Assembly: GCF_052425735.1 (NCBI RefSeq) | Contig: NC_135770.1 | Location: 8,990,001 to 9,054,000, forward strand | DNA from: Oculina patagonica | Taxonomy: Eukaryota | Length of the DNA stretch: 64,000 nt | Direction: 5' to 3' | Shown here: positions 14,301 to 24,700 of the stretch, one piece after another | Numbering within the stretch: the stretch's first letter is position 1 | Layout: each line of letters starts with the position of its first letter | Made by a program: the position numbers and the translations under genes | Notes under the pieces: model-generated | The model's input: only the letters and a program-made list of their open reading frames with translations | Told to the model about the DNA's origin: nothing | The model's database searches: none

Positions 14301-14567
14301 TTTTGTTTAGTGTTCGTCTATTTTACCTATTTCATCAATTCTGAACAATTATTCATTATCTTAACACTCAATATGCTGTTTTATTTTTAGCGTATACAGC
14401 TCTTTAACGCTTATGCTAACTGGGCGATGTGCAAGGCTGGCTACATAGTGCTGGATGTGTACCCAGTTACTAGCTCCTACCCTGGAGGGACCTTGGATGG
14501 CGTGCACTTTAGAGATTCAGTGTTTTATCCCGCAGCAGACGCAGTGGAGAAATTTTTCCAAACTTAA
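11363..14567 (+). CDS. NXPE-family-like SGNH protein, paralogue 2 (~469 aa, 5 coding exons)
   Basis: Exons 11363-11879, 11970-12098, 12964-13074, 13311-13786 and 14391-14567 join in frame (1410 nt). Exons of 129, 111 and 177 nt match paralogue 1. Motifs FGGDSW, VYGDSL, DQDSALILNAGVHLLKS and LDGVHF. Confidence 0.8.
12176..12665. mobile_element. hAT-like MITE
   Basis: Perfect TIR TAGGCCTTTCTCGATTATGCTAG and perfect 8-bp TSD GTATCTAT. Confidence 0.88.
13905..14140 (+). mobile_element. Degenerate tRNA-derived SINE
   Basis: A-box-like TGGTGAAATGG and B-box-like GGTTTGAGCCC, followed by a core TGTGTTGTG.TCTTG.GCAAGACAC. Confidence 0.6.
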
Positions 14568-16246
14568 CAAAAGCTTGTGTTGGATCCAAGCAAAGTCCCA
14601 TTATAATAAAAAAGATTCCGTCACGCGAGGACTTGATCATAGCGTGGAGTGCAATGCAAGTGAATTTGTCACGCTTCCCGCGTGATCACGCAACAGAAGT
14701 TACAAATTAACGAAAGTATGATACGAATCCTTGACTTATTTTTATAAAATATGGATTGATATACGATGGAAATAGCTAAAAATGTTCCGTTACATAACTA
14801 AAACTGTTCCGTCACATGATCATAGCATCGAGTGCAAAGAAAGTGAATTTGTCACGTTTCCCGCGCAATCACGCAACAGAGGAAATTTAAATTACATGTC
14901 AACCAAAGTAAGATACGAGCCTTGTCTTTTTATTTTAGAAAAAAAAAATGGTTTGACAAAGGATGAAAATAACTAAAAACTGTTCTCGACAAGATGTTAT
15001 TTTCCTGTGATGTTAGTTCCTGTTCGTCTTCATTTGAGTGGATTTTCGTTACAAGGAAGGAGGAAAGTTAAAAATAAATATGAGTTAAGTTCAGACAAAA
15101 CCAAAGGGTTTGTGATTGACAATAAAGAAAAAGCTGGCTCCACGTGTTTTTTTTTTTTATTTCTTTATTATTTCTATTGTACCCTCTGCATATAATTATC
15201 CATGTCTCAAGCTTGCTAAATTGACATCACCTCTACATATGTATAATTTTCATATTATATGTTCGTTAATTTCTATTTTGTTAAAATTGAAATGCGATAC
15301 GTTGTATCTTGCCAAAATATAATAGACTAACGTATTAAAATAATAAAATCCTTCAACAAGCCCTATTATCTCTAGCCTTCTACACAGTCGCTCTTTAGGT
15401 TTGTCACGTAATCTTTCCTTTAAGGGGAAAAGAGTTGCGTGACGATTGCGTGACGAGTCCTAAGAGGGTCAGCCTTGGAGGCTACATAATCACAGCCCAG
15501 CCCTTACCCCAAACCTCCCCCTCCCCTCCCAGAGCACGCTAATAATTTTAAAAGTGTGTTTTTTCTGAAGTTTGAAGAAAACGTCATCAAACTATAAAAA
15601 AGAAGAAGTTGAGTGAAAAAAAACCAAAGAAGCCCAAGACACAGACCAACCAAACCACCCCGGCGATTGTTTTGTTTTAGTTTGATTGGCTAAGAAATGC
15701 GAGTTTTTAGCCTCCTGAGGTAGTAATGCAAAACCAAAGCAAACGCAATTTACCTTCGACACTCAAGTGAAAACCGCTCTAAGATCACCAAAAGTAAACC
15801 ATGCATATGACGTTACAGTTGATAAAGAATTAACGGACCCGCTGTATACCCCAGCTGAAAAATGACGAGTTTTAAAATTTACTGATAGCTACAATACTAA
15901 CTGATTGCTGAGAAATCACCGAAAATTTAACTTATAACTGAGTACTCATTACATCACTCCCATCCAGACCCTTTGGTAGGAGTGGGGTGGGGGGGAGGGG
16001 TCTTGAACCGAGAATTTTTTAGTTCACCACGTTATAACTAAAAACTAAAACATCCTATGGATCTATACTGCAAGCAGTTCTACCTTATCTTTAGTATTTC
16101 TCTAGAATAAGGCTATATAAACTCCATATATTAATAAGCTATAGTCTTTTGCACAGTATAAAATTGCGTGACATAAATCATATGCTCATTGAAATACGTC
16201 ACGCCAGTCACGGTGTAACTACTGCAAGCTTTTGACAAAGTAAACT

Positions 16247-18040
16247 TTAGAGTGCGTACACAAACACACTCAAGAAAATGCTGCAAAACAAGATGGTGAC
16301 GGTCACCTCAGTAAAACAGCCTTCGGCTTTCACTTCTGGCTTGGGTGCTTGTACTGTGGTGGGAGCCTCTCCACTCACTAACTTGTCAGGGTATCGCCGC
16401 AACATGTCCAGAACAACGCCATTGGTCCAGCCAAACCCGACCTGAATGCTGTACTCACCCCCTCCCCCTGGGGCGCCATGCACGCTCACGTTGAACTTCT
16501 CAAACATGTGTCCTGTAGAACTCCAGGCCTTGTAGTTAGTAGAGACCCAATTCTGTGCGAATTTCAAGGCTTCTTGTTTCAGCTCTTCACTGCTGGACTG
16601 AGCAAGACCTTCTATGAGCATGTGCTGCAACGGGGGCCAGGCATTTGGGAAATCCCACTGCTGACCGGATGACGCTAGGGAAGTCGGAAATCCCCCTGGG
16701 TAATCGAGAACTTTGAGTCGCTTTAGCGTGCGGAGAACAAGGCTTTCTCTTGTCGTGTTGCCCTGATGAACTCCAGCCCAGAGCGGTACCACACTTGAAG
16801 CGTAAAAATAATGCCTTTTCTGTTTTGATTGTCGATCATAATCGAGCCACAACCCCATTTGATTATCCCACAGAACTGCCTCGATAGCAGCCAGTCGCGC
16901 CTCTGAGAAATTCTTGTACTGATCTGCCTTAGCTGTGTTCCCGGCCATGCGAAAGAACTTCTCTAGAAGTTTTTCGTTGAGGTAGAGGACACTGTTCAAA
17001 TCCGTTGGTACAATTTGCCTTGTCCGGGTGCTACTTAGGGACCCCTCCCCTGAACTCGTACGGTTAAACCACCGGGTAGAAAAATCCCAACCACTCTCTG
17101 CAGCGGAAGCTATGTCTTGGTACAAAGCTGGCCTGGCGTCTTCGGGTACTTCTTGAGCTGTATGAAAATCTTCATAGTAAGACTCAGGCCTTGGGGTGTC
17201 CATATTAGCTGCGTAGATCGACAGGTTGTATTTCCCAGACGAGACCTCAACTTCAACAGCGCGATTATCCTTCCAGAAAGTGTATTCTTTCTCAAGGTCA
17301 TCTAAAATTGACTTCACGTACTCTTGGTCGCCAGTGTAATTGAGATAAAGGTCTACAATTGGGATCAAAAATGGAGGTTGACTTCGGTTCGTGTAGTATA
17401 TCCGACCGCCGTTCGGAACGAACCCATAGGTCTGCACCAACTGAATGAAGTTGTCAATCATTCCTTTGACGGTGTCCTTCATGCCGCAAACGAGCAAACC
17501 GTCTACGACCCAATACGAGTCCCAGTAATAATATTCGCGAAATCGTCCACCGGGGACAATAAATGGATTCTTAACCAAAATCAGGGAAGATCGGGCAGGG
17601 TTTTGGCGTGCTTCATCGCTGATCTTCCTTCCCAGCTTCTTCCATAATCCATTGAGCTTTGAGGCGAAATTCTTCAGATTAGCGTCCTTTATACGGTCAA
17701 TAAACTCGGGATTTTCTTTCCAATCGGGCGGGGACCACTCCTCCAAATCGTGTCCTACGGGATAGAAATTTTCCTTCACGAAGTTGATCACTTGTTCCTT
17801 GGAAGTATTTTGTTGTGGAAGAGCTTGGAAAGCCTTTAAAACATCCGCTGCATCCTTCTGGAGTCTCATGTCAACAAACGTCTTGGAATCGTTAAAAATA
17901 CGGGCCATTTGAACCGTGTCTAGAAGTTTTCCATGACAAAAGATCTCACTGCTACACGCATACTTCTCGGCTGTTACTTGATTTATGGTAAGGACAAGAA
18001 TAAACGGCACAAGGCAAAGTACACACTTGTACACCTCCAT
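16247..18040 (-). CDS. TREH: Trehalase (GH37) with signal peptide and C-terminal hydrophobic (GPI-like) tail; single coding exon
   Basis: 597-aa ORF containing both trehalase signatures (PGGRFREYYYWDSY, QWDFPNAWPP), plus DSKTFVDM, RSQPP, PRPESY, AAESGWDFSTRW and GGGGEY..Q.GFGWTNG. Probable 5'-UTR intron at ~18056-18162. Confidence 0.97.
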   Translation of the reverse strand: MEVYKCVLCLVPFILVLTINQVTAEKYACSSEIFCHGKLLDTVQMARIFNDSKTFVDMRLQKDAADVLKAFQALPQQNTSKEQVINFVKENFYPVGHDLEEWSPPDWKENPEFIDRIKDANLKNFASKLNGLWKKLGRKISDEARQNPARSSLILVKNPFIVPGGRFREYYYWDSYWVVDGLLVCGMKDTVKGMIDNFIQLVQTYGFVPNGGRIYYTNRSQPPFLIPIVDLYLNYTGDQEYVKSILDDLEKEYTFWKDNRAVEVEVSSGKYNLSIYAANMDTPRPESYYEDFHTAQEVPEDARPALYQDIASAAESGWDFSTRWFNRTSSGEGSLSSTRTRQIVPTDLNSVLYLNEKLLEKFFRMAGNTAKADQYKNFSEARLAAIEAVLWDNQMGLWLDYDRQSKQKRHYFYASSVVPLWAGVHQGNTTRESLVLRTLKRLKVLDYPGGFPTSLASSGQQWDFPNAWPPLQHMLIEGLAQSSSEELKQEALKFAQNWVSTNYKAWSSTGHMFEKFNVSVHGAPGGGGEYSIQVGFGWTNGVVLDMLRRYPDKLVSGEAPTTVQAPKPEVKAEGCFTEVTVTILFCSIFLSVFVYAL

Positions 18041-18762
18041 TTTGCAATTTGATGGCTGAAAGAAACCTCGCGTGATATTTGCCAGATGTTGTCAATGTAA
18101 TTTAATTTCACCCCGATTTTATTACACTAGCGTGACCGTGAGGTCACTGCGATCCAACATACCTTGCATTTCAGCTGTAATCCCAAGTAGATCGTTTCAC
18201 GCGTTGGATATATTTTGTGTAAAATAAGTTTTTTGGGGGAAATTTTTCGAAAAATTTTTCGGGCCCGGCGTTCTTTTTGTAAAAAATTTTTTTTTTTAAT
18301 TATTTTTTAAAAAATTAAATTTATACCCCTTTTTTTTTTTTTACCAACCAAACTATTTTGAATCTGATTTGCACACAGTGTTTGTTTTAATTCTAATTAA
18401 AGTTTAAGTATCACGTGGTCATACTTCTTAGAGAAGCTGACTGTGCTCTCTACTTTTCTAATCCGGTCCTAGAGGATTTTCCTGAGTTTGTAATAAGGCG
18501 GGAAAAGTAAAAAAAAAAAAAACTTTTAAAATTAGAGTAGTGTTGAAGTGAATTTCTCATGTGTTAAACTTCTTGATACCTAGAAAAAACGACAAATGAA
18601 CTTCACTGTTAAAGTTCAAAAAAATAAACAAATCAGGGAACAAATTGAACAAATTTTGTGACGTCTTCTCATGTTCCTCTTTGATTCTGCATTTCCGGTT
18701 CCGGTTGCGCTGAAAATCTGTGCATGCGCAGATGTGTGTTATGGGTTCGTACTCGTGGCAAT

Positions 18763-21700
18763 ATGGCGGACGGTGAACCCAATACCGAGATTGCCGAAAA
18801 TCCTCAAGATTTAACAATTACTGAGGACCAGAACACCTCTATTGAGGTGGAAGGAGCTCAAGAAAAAGAAACCAAAGAAGAACCTTACAATTATGGCTAT
18901 TCCTTACCAGAATATTACAAACTTTGTCTGCAGTACTACCACAAAGGTAAGTCTCTTCAGACCGGGAACTTCGACATTTCAGCACAGCATAAGTTCAATT
19001 AGTTTATTCTGATTGTTAATAACTTCTTAAATAGGTTTAGATTTCAACAAAGTATTTCGATGAAGCAATTTATTGATTCTCTGTTTTTGTTTTTATAAAA
19101 CACGTTAGCTTGAATACGGTGTAAACTACATTGTACATGTAAGCTTATTGAAATGCGCGTACGATAGGCTTACAGTATATTACGTAAAAGGAATTTTCAG
19201 GGAAATGATTACGTGTATGTACTGTAACTTCGCTGTCACGAAAAGATTTGAGTTGCCCTGAATCTTTGGGTTTCAACTGTCTTAATTACTAATTCTCGTT
19301 AATCTTGTTTGGCTTGTTTTTCTTGTTTTCTGGACGTCTGTGTCTGTGACAGAGGTTTCTCTGAGCTGAGCTAGCATTTTAATTTGTCCAGAATTGTACG
19401 TAGCTATGAGAAAAATTCTTCAATAATTCATTATGAAAGCAGAATAGCCTTTTTGGGTCTTTTGTACTGCATTAGTGACGCTGTCAAACTAGGGGTACCT
19501 CTATGAAATGAGATGTCACAATACCTTATTATAGGAAGTTAACCTTTGTTAATTAAATCAAAAATAATTTTTTTATTTCGAAATTCTTATTTTAAGACAC
19601 TATCCCAAAGTTTGAACCATATCAAGAAAAAACTCGCAATTTTATAAGGCCTGAAAGTTGCGCTATTTTGCCCTCAAAATTTCCTTCAAATCGCACGGTC
19701 AAAATGGGCGATGACGTATTGTTGTGGACAAGATCTTGGAATCAAATGGCGGAAAGAGGGAAACTAAGGTAAACTGCGAAGAGGAGAAAGATATTGCGTG
19801 GCTGGTGCCCCAAATAGTCTAAGTTGTGCAAATTCCCTTAGTTACCTTGTTATTAGCGACTAAAGCGTGATCAAGCTGTCCACAACAATACGTCACAAGC
19901 GCATAAACTCGCCCCAGTCTTCTGGACATTTTTAAACAGAAAATAAGGCTTTTTGCAGCGCCGAAATCACGACCAAATTTTATTTTTTAAGAGTTAAAAC
20001 TTTGCAGTTGTTGCCAACGAGACAGCCGAGCCAAGAGGGAGGCTGTCGAGGCGGCAGAATCATAGAGCCGTGTGCGTATGAGTGTATAGGCAGAGAAAAT
20101 CTTAAGTTCTGCGTAAGGGACTTTTTTTTACCATATTTGGGTGTAAGTAAACCCCATATTTGGGTTGTATTGTTCTTCCCAACTGGTTCCCAGTCTCTCA
20201 CTCCTTGCTAGAGAGCAAATGTCCAAAATGGCGCAATGCGGCCGCGTTAAAATTTTCAATGTGGTCATTCATCCCTTTACCGATCAATACACCTTTAGGG
20301 AAATAAATCGAAAGAGAATACCCTACAGAATATCGACCGCCGAAAAAATGAACACAAGGTCTTAAAGCGAGAAATAATGTTTGATGGAGTACGACGAGAG
20401 AGAAGAAATTAAAGCGGCTTTGACTCATAATGAAAGAAGCTAAGTCGGGTAAATGCTACCTTTTAGTGTTATTGTTTTTATATTTTGACCGATGATTTAT
20501 TCCAAATCAAATACCGTTTATATTTATTTGGCACGCATTTTCGCTCCGCGTAGGAATAACATCAATACAAAGCGACGCTCACTTAAGCATAACAGCTCTT
20601 ATTAAAACGGCATCGACGCAAGCATAAGCACAAGCACAAGCACAAGGATCAAAATTTTCCTTTTTTGTGCTTGCGTTCGTGTGAAAACAAACATCGCATA
20701 AGCACAAGAAAAGTGTTTACGTCTAGCCGTGTCTAGCCAATTGAAGTACTAGTTCCAGCATTTGAACAAAGCGGTTGATTTTGATAAACGTTTTACGAGA
20801 ATGTTCGGAGAAGTGTAGACAAAAAAACAAAAAGGCCCAGGCGCGGACTTGAGTAGCGAAAAAAACGGAGACGAATGCTTTCTTTAAAAATATTTATAAT
20901 CCCAAATGTTTATTAGTCGCTTTCACTTTCTTCGTCACACGAGTAGAGGAGAGATAGTTTCTGCCACAATATTTGCAGGGAGAACGGAGTCGAGAACGAA
21001 GCCTCTAACTAAACATATATTCTTATGCTAACGTGCTTGTGCTTATGTCAACGTTCGTTTTCACTTGGCACGAACTACTTATCTGCTGGTTTGTCTGCGC
21101 TGTGTTGCGTCGCAGTGAAAACCAGGCTAAAATTCGATGTCAACGCACAGAAGTAAACGTTTTTTGCTTTAACAGCAAATGTAATGTTAACTTGAATAAA
21201 AGTTTTTTTCCAAATAATCCTTGACCGTTCAAGTTTTTTTTCTCTCAATTTGCGTGAATGACACTCGACGAAAATACCCGTGGTACTTCTAACTGAAAAT
21301 TATATTTAAAAAAGCACTAGCAGTTTTATTTTGGGACTTGATTATAAGAAGTTGAAATGCAAAATGAGATACCACGTTGTATTAAAAAAAGTGATCCTCA
21401 TATGCATTGAATAAGTAAAAGAAAGATTGTAAGAGTTATCAATTTCCCCGTGCCTGCGTAGCAGAATCTGTGTACGTTTTTTAGTGTGTTTAAAAAAGTG
21501 CGCGATCGCGAGAATACGCGCGCTGGAAACTACAGCGCCTGCTACGCAGGCTATCAAGCCTGTGTCATTATGAACACCAGAGAAATAGCATTTTATTCGC
21601 ATATTACCTAAAATACAATTTACCATATTTTGTCAATCAAATATAGTTCTATCAAAAACCATTCAATATCTTTTCAGAACAAAATGAGTATTCGCTCGTT

Positions 21701-24700
21701 GGCACTTACCGAAGGTACAACTAGTTTTATTAACATATTGAAGGATAAAATTGTACAAAAGAAATTCGCTTCATATGCACTTTAAGTGAATTAACGCAAC
21801 AAATAGCGCGAATTAAGAAGAAGTTACTTCCCAATAAAGGAAATGAGGCAAAAGATGGGGTAACATTTCCATAGAAGGAAACAAGAAAACACAAAAGAAA
21901 AAACTTGTTGAGACAACAGGCAAAAGTTTATTTTAACACTAGATGTATAATCCTAAATGCAGGGGGAATCAAAGGAACTGAACGCCTGAGCATTCTCACA
22001 GGGCAGTGAAGGAGATCCACCCGATGAAATAATGCCCCAGGAGCCAAAACTGCTGGACGTAAGAGAAGGGCCCAAAATAATGGAAATAATGCTCCACTTA
22101 GTTAACGGCGCGGAAAAACGTAACAAAAAAACGGACGAAAAACGTGAAGAAATCGTATCATGAAGCGTAATTTCCTATTATAAGGTATTGCTATCCATAC
22201 ATTTAATAACTTAAAAATGTTGAATGGCAGTTCCTGGGAACATCCTAACAGTGCCTTTTTTTAATGTGTTTGTTGTACCGCGCGCATTAGTGATGCTGTC
22301 AAACAGGGGTACCTGTGATAAAATTGGGATTTCACAATACCTTATTATAGGAAATTAACGCTTGTGTTAATTAAGTATTTGAAATTAACGCAACTTAAAT
22401 TAACGCGAATTAAAAGAGAAGTTACTTCCCAATAAAGGAAATTAGCGCAAAAGATGGGGTAACATTTCAATAAATATGAAGGAAATTAACATGACAAACA
22501 CAAAAGAAACAACTTGTTGAGACAACAGGAAAAAGTTTATTTCAACACTAGATGTATAATCCTAAATGCAGGGGTTTAAGCAAAGGAATCTGAGCGCCTT
22601 GAGCGTTCTTCACAGGGTCAGTGATACTGGCAGATTTCCACCCTGATGAAATAATGCCTTTTCCTAGGAGCCAAAACCGTCTGGACTGTATCGAGAATTG
22701 GGCCCAAAATAATGGAAATTAATGCTCCACTTAATTAACGGCGCGGAAATTAACGTTAACAAAAATTAACGCGACTGAAATTAACGTGAATTTTTGAAAT
22801 TTTCGTTAATTTCATGAAGCGTTAATTTCCTATTATAAGGTGTTGCTATCCATACATTTATATGTCAGTGAAATCCAGTCACTGCAGTGTCGAGTCATTA
22901 CTTCATATTCTGAAGTCACTGATTTCTTTTTAGCAGATAAATCAAGATCAATCTTGATTTATCTGCTAAAAAGAAATCAGTGACTTCAGAATATGTACGA
23001 AGTCAATAAAATGGTAAGAGTTCTCAGATCTTATAAAAGTTATGAGTTTTTCAGGTCGTAATGGAAGAGGGTAGTGTGCGAACAAAATATCCCATTACTG
23101 TGAAAGATCTATTTAGGGCCTGTTTACATGATTTCAAAATGACTTGCATTCCAGAATCTGCATTCTGCATTCACATTGTCATGACAGAGTTGATGGCGCA
23201 TGTTTAACGCAAACATGTTATTGTACCCAGTAATGGCAGTATGTGCAATTTTAACAAGCAGTTTGATCATAGGGCTGCTTCTCTGCTTCTTTTGCTCTGA
23301 ATTTAAACTGTGGTCTCGGTTTACAATTTCATGAGATGTGATTTCATCTCAGAAGGAAATTCGTTCTGTGTTTACGTGATACCAGAATGAAATGATAACC
23401 GGAATGAATGACTTGACTTTCGTCTTGGTATCATGTAAACAGATAAATATAGATTACTTCATAGAAAGTGCGCCGTACGGATTGATATTCACGAGTTGCA
23501 AAACTTTGGAAAACAAACGAGTGAGCGTAGCGAACGAGTGAGTTTTCCAAAGTTTTGCAACGAGTGAATATAAATCCGTACAAAGCACTTTCTATGCTGT
23601 AATTTGTTTATTATATTTATAACGAGAATTCAACCATTGAACACTTGACGCCGATTTTTCCAGTTTATACCAATTGACATACAACAGCTGCAGTTAACGG
23701 CGCGAGAAAACTTGAAAGCTGCAAATGCACATAGCTTTACAAGCGAATTCGCTATTTCAATAATAAACATGTAAAAAAGAAAAATTACTGGCGACAAACT
23801 CTCCCAGACAAAAACTTTATTTAAATAAACAAACTGCGTTACATTTACGTTAAAAACTTCGTATCGCATTGAGGAAACCTAGCCACAAGCGAATAAACTA
23901 CTGGCGAATCAACTGGCGAATTGTGAACAAATTGTGATAACACAAGGAGTCGGTTAATTAAACAATAATTACGACGTAAATCCAAATTAAAAATGCAATT
24001 TACTTAACCAAGACGATCCCAAAAGTGGCTGAATATTCTTAGAATGTCCGCGGATGTGTTGTAAGTTCCGATGAAAGTCTTTTCTTCGCTTTCACTTATC
24101 GACACTTCGCCTTCGCCTTCGCTTGTCTTCACTTCGCCTTTGAAGAATGATTTTTATCACTGCTGTATTCTCTCTTTAGGTTTTGCTTAGCGTGTTTCTG
24201 TTGGCTTGCATTAAGTTCTTAAAAGGAAACTGTAAAGGAAGAAAACGTGTAGCCATGTTTTCAAAACATAAACTGCGGTCGAGAGCAAACGGCCTTGCCG
24301 CTCGCTTTCTCAGCCCCGTTGGAAACCATTTGAATTCTCACGCTGTGATTGGTTCAGTCGTACTACTCTAGACGCTGATTGGTTATATTTCTCACATGTG
24401 AAGAAAGCTATACGCGAAGCTGATTGGACGTATCGCTTTTTTCACATGTGAAATATAGCAAATATAGAATTCTATTTGCAAGGTTTATTGCTTAAAATTC
24501 TCGCTATATATATAATAAAGAGAAGTATATGGGGTATTGAGGAGCAGGAGGATTTATTATTAATTTTATTACCCTATTTGGTTCAATTAAGCGCCCTGGG
24601 CGCTTATTAAACTTTTGGACCTTGAGAGTGGGTGCTTATTTGAGGTGGGCGCTTATTCAAGGCTGGGTGCTTATTAAATTTTTCCCATTTTCAGCAAGTA

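Noticed and set aside
16247-18040. Bacterial horizontal transfer or contamination for the intronless trehalase
   Set aside because: The motifs and GPI-like tail look animal-type, a 5'-UTR intron is likely, and the flanks are continuous with host repeats. A phylogeny would be needed to exclude it fully.
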